A program made the translations under genes and the position numbers. DNA of 64,000 nt from Marsupella aquatica (Eukaryota > Plantae > Marchantiophyta): contig OZ316891.1 in the NCBI GenBank assembly GCA_973895155.1, positions 6,233,708 to 6,297,707 of the forward strand. Reading direction: 5' to 3'. Under the pieces are notes generated by a model. That model worked only from the letters and a program-made list of their open reading frames with translations, had not been told where the DNA came from and made no database searches. Shown here piece after piece: positions 1 to 10,380 of the stretch (its first letter is position 1; every line of letters begins with the position of its first letter).

Positions 1-930
1 GTTTAGTCTTCCGGAACCAGGTATGCAGTTTTTCCAATCTGAGGAGGTGAATAGAAATAGTTTGATAAGAGAGGAGATATGTTATCCGATGGATGTCCTT
101 CTACAACAACTTGCAGAACAGGAGCCATTATTGAATGAGGGTCAAAGGGCAACATACAATGCAATACTTGCAGCGATGAGGGCTCAAGATGGATTAACAT
201 ACTTTATTGATGGACCTGGGGGGACGGGGAAAACGATTGTGGAGAATGTTCTACTTTGGCGAGTCCGTGCAGATGGGGACGTTGCACTGGCCGTAGCTTC
301 CTCGGGTATTGCAAGTTTTTTGTTAGATGGAGGACACACCACGCATTCATGATTCAAGTTACTATTGAAACCAATCTCGACATCGACATGTGCCATCCCA
401 AAACAATCTGACCTTGTTGGATTATTGCAGAGGGCAACTTTTATTTTGTGAGATGAAGCACCCATGATCCATTGGCATGGAGTGGAGGCGTTGGATAGAA
501 CTTTACGCAAGGTAATGATCGGATCTTTGGAGGGGTTATAGTTGTATTTGCAGGAGATTTTTGACAAGTACTTCTAGTGAAGGCAAGGGTAAGTCGTCCA
601 AAGATTGTGGGGTCATGTTTGAAGAAGTTGTGTATTTGGAGCTGTATACGTACTTTCAAGCTGAAAATATGCAGGCAAGAGTAACTCTGCATCTCCTGAA
701 TTTGGTAATGTTACATTTCCGGAGTGGCTACTAAAATTGGGCGATGATAAACTCCCAAAGGGAGGGCCTTCAAATAATCTAATTACTTGCCCTGAGTCTA
801 TGGTGGTGGATGGAGGACGTGTGGAATCATTGATTCATGCAATTTACCCATCTCTTGCTAATGTGGACGATAAGTTCCTAAGTGAGAGAACTATCTTGGC
901 TCCAACAAATGACAAGGCGCTTAAAATTAA
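1..930 (+). pseudogene. Decayed Helitron RepHel PIF1-family helicase fragment
   Basis: ORF 23-352 has LNEGQRATY...YFIDGPGGTGKT (Walker A)...ALAVASSGIASFLLDGGHTTHS. Continuation reads *FKLLL...FIL*DEAPM...EALDRTLRK, then AGDF*QVL, then ERTILAPTN (737-940). These are typical Helitron/PIF1 motifs, interrupted by stops and frameshifts. Confidence 0.92.
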
Positions 931-977
931 TAAACCCTAAACCCTAATCCTTAAACCCTAAACCCTAAACCCTAAAC
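931..977 (+). repeat. Interstitial plant telomere-type repeat (TAAACCC)n, ~6-7 units
   Basis: taaaccctaaaccctaatccttaaaccctaaaccctaaaccctaaac directly abuts the end of the helicase homology. Confidence 0.9.
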
Positions 978-1288
978 TCCTGAATTTGGTAATGGATTAT
1001 GTTCACTTTACACACTTTGCGTTTTTCCCTACTTTAGTGTTAGCATGCTAGGGAAAAAGGCCCTTAAGCCCGCCCCTAAGTGGGAGTTTTACCAACATGG
1101 TAGTGTGTCCATTTTGCCTTAGTTGTGTATACCACATGATCTTGCTACACAACCTTTTCAATGTGTTCATGTGGATACGTGTGGAAATATGACTACCATT
1201 GGCATTGGATGTACTAAGCTGTACTTTCTGATTTTTTCTGATGGTTATTTTCATCGATGGGTAGTTAGTCTTTCCGATAAGGGACAGG

Positions 1289-1584
1289 CTCGGGGGTCTT
1301 ACTATATGGGGACCTCCCCATCGCTTGCGACGTTTTTAGGCCTCGGACCCCCTAAAATGTAAGAATTTTTTTTAATTTTTTAACCCTATGAAGTTGGAAT
1401 ATTCTTGGAATATTCTAAAAATTGGATTAAAAAGACCCTAATGTTATTATAAGTCTCAAAATTGAATTTAAAAGACCCTATTGTTCTTCTACAAAAATTC
1501 TTAAGTCTTCTCTTAGAACCAATAAAATGACCCTATCCTTCGTCGCATGTGATATGCCATTTTTGTGGAAGTGAAACCCCCGAG
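1289..1584 (+). mobile_element. MITE family A copy 1 (296 bp, 14-bp TIR, 8-bp TSD; hAT-like)
   Basis: TIRs CTCGGGGGTCTTAC...GTGAAACCCCCGAG. Perfect TSD GGGACAGG at 1281-1288 and 1585-1592. Confidence 0.93.
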
Positions 1585-2006
1585 GGGACAGGTATTCTTC
1601 ACAAGGCAGATCTACCCCCTTCCCATGTGGGACATGCTCCCATTTTGTTGAGGTTTCTCCTATCATTTTAACAGAGAATGAGGAGAAAGTGCGTGATAGA
1701 ATTGCACACTTTCCCACTTTTGAAAACATGTATGAGCTTCTCGGTCCTAGTTCTGATTTAAAGTGGAACCCCCATGTTGCTGCAAGGAATTAAATTTCCC
1801 TTATGTAAATCTTGAGGATGTCTTTGGGGGCTTTTTTCTAATTTTTATTTTAAAATCTGTGAAACCCCTCGGGCACAACTTTGAACCCATGCCAAGACCT
1901 ATGAGTGACCACTATAGACTCTGTCAAGTGAGCTACCACACAACCATGCCTCTTTGGGGACTTTAAAGAAACAAGGAATTGTTACTTGAATGTGTTGTTA
2001 ATATAG

Positions 2007-2278
2007 CTTGGGAGCCTCACTCCAAGGGAGGTCCCATATCACGCACAAAGTTTTCAAGTAACAAACACTCTAAAACTAACTCTATATAGAACATTCTAGG
2101 AATATTCTCACATTTGGTATTAAAAAACCCCTATAGTTCTTATAAGTCTCAAATTTGGATTAAAACACCCATATATTTCTACAACAAACCTTTTAAAGTC
2201 TTCCCCCCCAATTGAATTAAAAAAACCCTTACTTCTTCGTGCGCAATGGGTCGGAAGAAAAGAAGTGAGGACCCCAGG
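2007..2278 (+). mobile_element. MITE family A, diverged copy
   Basis: Ends CTTGGGAGCCTCAC...GTGAGGACCCCAGG. Internal ttataagtctcaaatttggattaaaa is shared with the other copies. Flanks TAATATAG / TAGTGTAG (2 transitions). Confidence 0.7.
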
Positions 2279-2639
2279 TAGTGTAGACTGTTCTAGCCTG
2301 TAATGATTGTGAATGCATCATTACCCATTTAAGATTCATTGAGACCATTTTTGTAGCCCAAATTGATGTTGTGGTTGAAGATTCATTGGCAGTTTTAGTG
2401 TTTGTAGGTAAGTCTACAAATTCCAGTCCAAACACAAGAGAATTGGCAAAAACCCACTTATTATCAATGGAAAATACAAACACTCTAGGATTGTCTTTTT
2501 CGTAAGTAGGATTTAAGAATACCAATATCTTGAAGCTAGGTAAAAGTCACACAGTCATAAGGTATCATGATATATTTGATTTCTTACCTTAGAGGCATAT
2601 ATGTGACATTTTTCCTTTGTGCTTGGCACTGCAACATTT

Positions 2640-3135
2640 TTAAAAATCTGTCAAAACTCAATTTCAATCCGACATCTCTGAGCTAGCTCTAGATAGATAA
2701 TGGTACCGATTTTGGAGGCAAACAGCTCATTGAGTTTTTGGAACCTCATGGATATTGCCTCATCTTATCAGCACCATACCATCATGAGCAAAGTGGTATT
2801 GTGGAGTGATCAGTTGGCATTATTACTCAAATGAATGTGCCTTGCCATGTTAATCAATGCTCATCTCCCAAACAACTATGGCCGCAGGCAATTGCAACAG
2901 CTGTTTGCATCACCAATAGATCTCCTATGGCTGTCAACCCAAGGGATTGCACCTGCACCCTACACAAAGCTCCATCAGGCCTTTGACAGTCAGCATCACC
3001 ACAACATTCAACACTTCCGCACCTATGGTGGTACTAGCTGCTTATGTTGACTTCACACTCCGCCTAAGAAACGTCCTCGTGGGGAAAACATGTTGCATGT
3101 GCCCTGTAAAGGGTATCTGATTGGATACCATGCCA
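2640..3135 (+). pseudogene. Ty1/copia retrotransposon integrase remnant
   Basis: Hand translation: DNGTDFGG (2696), in-frame SAPYHHEQSGIVE* (2768-2809), PKQLWPQAIATAVCITNRSP, HFRTYG, KGYLIGY (~3108-3128). Matches the copia integrase core and downstream motifs; several frameshifts and stops. Confidence 0.85.
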
Positions 3136-4451
3136 ATGCATTGAATAACTGTGTGGTTTCCTTCTTCTAATGAGATTGTGTGGTCTTCTTATGTTCAATT
3201 TGATGAGTCTCCCGGCCCGTGCCGCCAAACTCGATCAGGCTATCAACTACATCAATACACTTCACACTACTTCAATTACCAGCAACGACTGTGTTGAACT
3301 GTTTCTTTATCACACCAAAATGTTAGTCTTTACATGGCCGGGGTTTAGGCTAGTGGTGACATTGTTAGTATTGAGGTTTCAGGCAAGGAGGGATGTGCTA
3401 TCAGCGGTTATTTGGCTAAACTAGCACTAACAGCACATAATTATATACATGTATAAACTTGTCTATAGTTTCACAGAATAGACAATCTATGTATGCATGG
3501 AATGAAGGACCTGAACCCTGCCTGAACCTCACAAATCCAGTCTATGCAACAATGATACAAATTTCAGGTGACAATGATCAATAGACAGGTTGGACTAATT
3601 AGTAAGTGTCAAAAGAATCTAGATTTCCAAGTACTCGAGCTCTAGACTAATATTTCCAACTCATTGATTATGATATATTTAATGGTTTTCCAGCTCCCCT
3701 AATATTGTGCAAATCATTTGAGGCACATTAAGAAAGTCACAATAAGATTGTATGTATCTTGATCACTTGTAAAATGAATGGGGTTCCTTAGTTGCAAATA
3801 TTGAAATTGTGTTAGTTTCCTATTGAAGACCTCCATGTCTTCACAGTTTACTAAAGCTACAAAAGCAAAAGAGTAAACTAATTATAGTGTATCAGTTTTG
3901 TAGCTTTTGGGCTAAACTTGCTATAATCCTTTTTTCTTAACAAGTATGCTGACATTTTAACATCTTTAGCCAATAAGGCCAGGGTTACATATATAGCAAA
4001 ATTTGCTAGTTTATCACTCTATTTTCTTCCATATATATACATCAATGAACTACTAACAAATCTAATGAAACATCCAATTGTGTCTCCAACTTGTGTCAAA
4101 CGGGGGTTGGAAAGTTATTGCTTGGGCCCAGGTAAACATCAAGACATCTAGAAACAAAGTAAGGGGCCGGGTATTTTGTTTATTTCAGGGAAGCACTAAG
4201 TAGATGTAGCCACTAATGAGGAAGTATAGGAACCATTCAAAAAGTGTCATGTGCCATCACATCTGATTTATCACATTTGATTGCCACATGTCAAAAAAAT
4301 ATTGGTGTTTTTTCTAGCTTCCAAAGGGGGTTGCTTAATAGGTCTGATTAATTGGGTGGTCAATAAAGATGCATTGCTCTCATGTTGGGTATGCAAATCC
4401 TCTTTCTATAGGTACTTAAGGAAAGTTTTCAATTCCTTAGAATGGCTTTAT

Positions 4452-4726
4452 CTCGGGGGTCTCACTATATGGAGGCCTTCCCATCATCTGCAACAACATT
4501 TTGAGGCCTTGGAAACCCCTAAAATGTAAGAAAGAAAATTATTTTCCTATAAATTTGGAATATCTTTTGATGAATTAGACTCATGTTTTATAAGTCTCAA
4601 AGTTGGATTTAAAAGACCCTATTATTCTTTTGAGAAAATTTTTAACCCTCCCCTTAGAATCAATGAAATGACCCCTATCATTTGTTGCATGTGATGTGTC
4701 ATTTTTGTAGAAGTGAAACCCCCAAG
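4452..4726 (+). mobile_element. MITE family A copy
   Basis: TIRs CTCGGGGGTCTCAC...GTGAAACCCCCAAG. TSD GGCTTTAT / GGATTTAT (1 mismatch). Body similar to 1289-1584. Confidence 0.9.
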
Positions 4727-4833
4727 GGATTTATATCTAATTCACCATGTTATGTTTCATATATTTTGGTTTCCTAAACTGTTGTACTTAGCCTCTCAAC
4801 TCAAGGAATCCAAAAATGTGATGGTAAAAAAGT

Positions 4834-5125
4834 CTCACGGGTCTCACTCTATGGATGCCTCCCTATCACCTGCGACGTATTTAGGCCTCGGACCCCCTAA
4901 AATGTAAGAAAAAAAATTATTTTTCAACCCCTATAAAGTTGGAATATTCTTGGAATATTCCAAAATTTTGGTTATAAAGACCCTAATGTTGTTATAAGTC
5001 TCAAAATTGGAAAATACCCTATTGTTCTTCTGCAAAAATTCTTAAGTCTTCCCTTCAAACCAATAAAATGACCCTATACTTCGTCGCACGTGATGTGTCA
5101 TTTTTGTGGAAGTGAAACCCCCGAG
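4834..5125 (+). mobile_element. MITE family A copy
   Basis: TIRs CTCACGGGTCTCAC...GTGAAACCCCCGAG. TSD AAAAAAGT / AAAAAATT (1 mismatch). Body closely similar to copy 1. Confidence 0.9.
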
Positions 5126-5979
5126 AAAAAATTTAACATGTTTTGATATGAAAAAATTTGATCAAAACCAAATTATATGCCTGGTTTTTCTAATACAAGG
5201 GTCTACAACTAAACTACCATCCTTCCTTTAACATAAAGCCATGGCCTTGCATTCAAATAGTGTGCCATGAGGTGCTCTATTTGAATAGTGTGCTTGGGGC
5301 TGGGCATTGCAAATATTCAAGTTTTGACTAATTATGGGTTTTAATTGTTTGTATTTGCAGGGTGTTGTTCAAAAATGGATGTTGTGTTCAAATGTTTGCT
5401 TTGTATTTCAATATTGGCATTGTCATATGATTCATGATTTTTTAACCGTTTGTGCTCAATGCTAGTAGAACAATTTATGGACACTCAGACTCAAACACAA
5501 CGTCAATATTCAAACACAATGTTGGGCTATACTCAAATTACATTGTGTTATAGAAAAATCCTTTTTCTTATGGAGACCCTTAAAATTGTATTTTTGAACA
5601 CATGGGCAATGTGTTTGGGGGAAGAAGGTAGCAAAGTGTTTGGGGGAAGAAGTTATAAAAAATGCAGTGCATATGCATTAACATAATACTCAAAAGTTGA
5701 GGAGGTATTGATGGTCTGCAATGTATCATGTAAGCATGGATTTTTTCCTGATTTGTTAGGATAAACCCAAACAGAGAAAAACTCATTCAATTCCCTCCCT
5801 TCAACAACTCTAGAAGACAACCACTTTAGACCCTTGGAAAACCCTAAAAATTGTAAACCTCAAATGAAGTATGGAAAATACCTCTATGGAGCTTGGGCTC
5901 AATAGATGCCCAAGCTCCCACAATGCCTATGCATTTGTCAAAACCCACCAAAGCAATGGTCACCCTGCATCATATATAT

Positions 5980-6470
5980 TATGTTCCCCAGCCTCCTATG
6001 TTACCATAAACCCTAAATGCCAAAGCTGAGGCTCTTACTCTCATAAATGATCATAATCTGACCCTAAACCCTCACCACTTAAGCCCTCCTATGTTTATGT
6101 AAAGAGCAAATGCCAAAACCCCTCTTACCCTCCTAAATTACCAAAAATTCATATGCCAAATCCCTCTTACCATATGTTAGTACCCAATGCCAAAGCCAAG
6201 GTCTCACCCTCCAAAATTACCATCAGACCCTTAACTCTAAACCCTTAAGCCGTCCTATGTTCCCTCTAAAATAACAAATGCCAAAACCCAAACTCCAAAC
6301 CTCTTATCTTTCTATGTTTCGTCGTGCTAATTAACTATGCTCCATGTATTACCATATTCAAACAAAACCCGAATCGTTTATCTCTCTTAAATTGGCCATA
6401 ATCTCAAACAACAATAGGATACACCATCCTTCATATCCCTCCAACCTTAAAACCCCTCCTACGTACCTTA
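5980..6470. repeat. Degenerate tandem motif region (cctcctatgtt, aaatgccaaa, aaaccct, ctcttacc)
   Basis: These motifs recur several times in similar order. Probably transposon subterminal repeats. Confidence 0.6.
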
Positions 6471-6939
6471 GCTTAAATTAGTCTTACCACTTATACACCC
6501 GCTTAGGTATACCCCCAACCTTAATTCAAAATTCAAATTCACACATGATGGGTGCAAGAAGAACATCTTCGCAATCTCAGGCGGAAACCTTGTTGCGAAC
6601 AAACTACCTTCGCAAATGAAGGCATTTGTGATGCTTTTTGCGAAAGGTTCTGCATTGCAAGTAGAGTTTGCAAACCCTATCTCCATTGACCCTTGCGAAT
6701 CCCAAGCGCGGAACGGCCAGGAGAACTATGCATTTTTTTCATTGGAAGAGCAAAGGTTAGGATGTGGGCAGAGTGATGGCAAGCAGAGGAGGTAGTGCTA
6801 GAGGTGATGGAGCTTCTGGTAGCAATGGGGGTAACAGAGGGGGGGAGGACCGACTGCAATCATACCTAGGTAAACCGCAACATCTGAGGGTTGGGAACTT
6901 GAGTTTTCCCACTCCGTTGTAGGTTCACTTGGCACTTGC

Positions 6940-6969
6940 ACCCGGATAAACCTTGGTACCAGCCCTAGT
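6940..6969 (+). mobile_element. Candidate Helitron 3' terminus (imperfect hairpin + CTAG|T)
   Basis: ACCCGG-ataaa-CCTTGGT (6940-6957), then CTAG at 6965-6968 followed by T. Same strand as the helicase remnant. The hairpin is imperfect. Confidence 0.4.
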
Positions 6970-7636
6970 ATATTTGGGATATTATATTGTAAAACCCACC
7001 TGGGAAGATGTCAAATTTTCCTTGTGATATCTACTATCCCACTTGGTATTCCTCTTAAAGTTTTCATCATTTGTTGATTTTTCTAGAAATGTAATCTGAT
7101 TTTTTGCGAGATTTTTCTGGTCTCAGATTTTCCCTTTTTCCATTTTTGTAGCGCCGAGTGAAATGACTAAAGCGTCTCAAGCTCTTCTTTCTAAAGGTAT
7201 CAATTATAAGAAATTTGGATGAATACCCACAAAGGTATGGCTTCAAAAGTGTGAGAGGGTACATACTTGACTTTCTATAGTTTCACCTCACAACTTAATT
7301 TGGTCATATCTTAGTCAATCTTTCATGGTTCTCTTCTCTTTAAATGTAACCAATTTAATGTGCTATGATGAAATATTTTCAATCCACTATTTGAATTTGA
7401 TTGCCTTACACATAAAAACATATCAATTCTTGTCACAACTAGTGATGAAGATGTTAAGTATGAATTTCGATCATTTCAAGACTCTCAAGCAACTAGATAG
7501 GGTCTTTGGATTTGACTTTGAAAAAACAATTGAAAGCTTAGGGGCTCAAAGTTAAGAATGATCTTGTATCTCACTAGTTTTGGATTGAATTTCTCAATTT
7601 ACGGCTTGTGTGTTCCAAAAGCCTCATATCCTTGGA

Positions 7637-8129
7637 TTGAATCCGAAGTGGTATATATGGTATCCCATTTTGTATTCAACTCCTGAACTTACACCATGTG
7701 CATTCTCACTTCTCATTTGTGTTATTGTGAGATATCGAATGGGATACGAATTATTAATCCCACTTCACATTCAACCTCTGCCTTTCAGACCTAACGTGAG
7801 AGATATTCAAAGATTGAATACCAAATGCGATACCAGGTATCCCACTTCGCATTCAACATTAAATTTTCTATCTTTTGATTCTAAAATGCGTGTGATTCAC
7901 CAGCTGAATGCAATGTGGGATACGCGGTATCCCATTTTGCATTCTACCTTGAATTTCCTATATTTCGCACCTAAATGCTTCATATTTAGAGGTTGAATGC
8001 AAAGTGGGATACCCCATATATGAATCCCACTTTGCATCCAATCTCATTTTCTCACGCTTATGACATTCAACCTGGATTTTTGAAGATTGAATCCCAAATG
8101 GGATACGCTGTATCTCATTTGGGATCCGT
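7637..8129. repeat. Array of six ~43-bp palindromes with ~90-bp period
   Basis: Units start at 7637, ~7727, 7814, 7904, 7993 and 8087. Consensus TTGAATGCAAAGTGGGATAC-nnn-GTATCCCACTTTGCATTCAA. Confidence 0.85.
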
Positions 8130-8316
8130 CCTCATCATTTTCAAAAGAACATATCATTCTCACTTGTTCTTCCAATCTGATTTGGGAGGATACAAATTTG
8201 CATAGAGTGCGGATTCCCAAGGAGCAAGAGAATGCGGGAGAAGAAGAAATGAGCGGGAAGATTTGAGTTGGGGCTCTTCTATTTATAGTTTCCCCTCAAC
8301 TGCGGTCAGTTTCTAA

Positions 8317-8538
8317 CTTGGGGGTTTCACTTCCACAAAAATGGCACATCACGTGCGATGAAATATATGGTCATTTTATTGATTCAAAGAGAAGGCTTAA
8401 GAATTTTCTGAGACAAACAATATGATTTTTTAAATCAAATTTTGAGACTTATATAAGAACATTAGTTTTTAGGGGGTCCAAGGCCTAAAAACATTGCAGA
8501 CCGTGATGGGGAGGCATTCATATGGTGAGACCCTCGAG
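8317..8538 (-). mobile_element. MITE family A copy, inverted, internally deleted (222 bp)
   Basis: CTTGGGGGTTTCAC...GTGAGACCCTCGAG. Perfect TSD GTTTCTAA at 8309-8316 and 8539-8546. Confidence 0.92.
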
Positions 8539-9842
8539 GTTTCTAACCACAGTTTCATTGTAGTCGGTTGAAAGCTATTGTTAAAAAGAATTTTCTAGGA
8601 ATATTTTTGACGGGTAAACCGACCTTCAAGTCCCTTTTACTGCATTTCTTTTTTCTTTTTTTTGGAAACTGTGGTGGGATACTAAACCCCCAAGAATATG
8701 GGAACACATATTGTCGGATGTAAAATATAGGTGAGTGCATAACACAAAGATAAACAAAAAATGGTGCACAAGTGCCAGTTCTTATCGATCCCGGTTGTGA
8801 TGTACAAAGTCCCTATGAGTTTAAGTTGGATGCACAAAGCAACAGCCAGGCTAGGGCAGGCAGAACCCATGTACTTTGCAAGGTTAATTTGGCCTTGGGA
8901 CTCATGAGACAAGCTTGGAGACTTAAGCCACAAGTTCCTATATAAAGTACTCAGGGCAAGCCATTCTAGTAGTACTCATTTCACATAAGTATGTATATTA
9001 ATTGTGAACACAAAAGTCAGAGTATATCATATTTTGGGAAATTTTTATTTGTCCAACCTAGTTTGAGTTGTGACAAACGGGATGGAATTCCATTATACCC
9101 ATGTGACCCAGTTATGACGTTGAATGAGTCACATCTCACATAATCCCTTATTTTGGTTTAGGATAAGTAAGTTTGACAGGAATTTCGTCACTCTTGAAGT
9201 TGTCTTTTTGTAAAGCTAGTCAAGTGAATCAATGAAATATGAAATTGTATTTGTTTTGGATGTGCTGGGTTATTGCAAACTATAGAGTGGAATACTGATT
9301 CAATTTAATTTTAGTGCTAAGTCCCCAAAAATTTATTTGACTGGTAATGATCACTTATGATGCGGCTAAAAAATGGTGATCATAATTTGATATAAATGGA
9401 AGCAACTACTGACAACACCCAAATTGACAAACTAGTGCCTATTGATTCTGTCTTGCTATGACTAATTATATGCAATTTTCTAGGAATATCTTTAATAATA
9501 ATATTATTATTATTATGAATATTCACTAATATTTAAGAAATTGATATATACGCCAACTAAGTATGCATGGCGGAGCCAGGGGACATTGTCTATTTAGTTA
9601 TGTTTTAAATAAAAATTCATCCTGCGTTTTAAGGAACTATTGTTGTGAATTAAACATTTCTTCCTGTCCTAGGTCTTGTGCTAGATTAGGGTATCGGGTG
9701 TTTAGCACAATGGCTGGGAGTGTGGAGTTTAGGAGGACACTTGGGTGGGGTTCATCTTTTGTTTTCAGCGTTGGGCCATGTAAGGTAAGGTGGCAAGTCA
9801 GCGTTGTCCTATGGACAGATGTAACCATATTTCTTTTATACT

Positions 9843-9902
9843 TTATACCGGTTAGTGATAATTTTATACATTATACCGGTTAGTGATAATTTTATACATT
9901 AT
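9843..9902. repeat. 28-bp perfect tandem duplication
   Basis: ttataccggttagtgataattttataca at 9843 and 9871. Confidence 0.95.
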
Positions 9903-10158
9903 TGTTCAAATTTCTGTAAAAGCATTTCTGTAAGAGAAAATAATATAGAAATATTACGTTTTCTCGAACGTTCGTTGTGGGCATTCTAACTCCTAGCGTC
10001 CCAGGAAGTGGAGAGGAGGGGAGAGGAGGCGTAGCATAATCGTGACTACGCGGCTTTGTTTTGTTTATTCTATTCGCGTCTCCACACAACGCAAGCGCAA
10101 GTGTGGACTCGTCAGGTCTAAAGAGTCGAAAAACGGAAGCAGCTGGTCACGTATAATA

Positions 10159-10349
10159 GCCTCCTAGGACGTCGTGGGACGACTGCGGGATCAGAATTAT
10201 CGAGCCCATTCGGCGATTGCTGAGCCTGCTGTGTCGTCCGTCTTTCCTGCTGAGCCTCCTAGGACGTGGTGGGACGACTGCGGGATCAGAATTCATCGAA
10301 GCCCATCCGGTGAGTGCTGAGCCTGCTGCGTCGTCCGTCTTTCCTGCTG
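10159..10349 (+). repeat. ~95-bp tandem duplication in the presumed 5' leader of the SIN3-like gene
   Basis: gcctcctaggacgt..gggacgactgcgggatcagaatt...gtcgtccgtctttcctgctg at 10159 and 10254. TATAAT at ~10152. Confidence 0.9.
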
Positions 10350-10380
10350 GGAGGAGCAGGAGGCTGGAGGAGGAGAAGCG

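Noticed and set aside
7637-8129. CRISPR array (also considered for 23137-23490)
   Set aside because: Eukaryotic context, no cas genes, degenerate repeats, and linkers homologous to each other rather than unique spacers.
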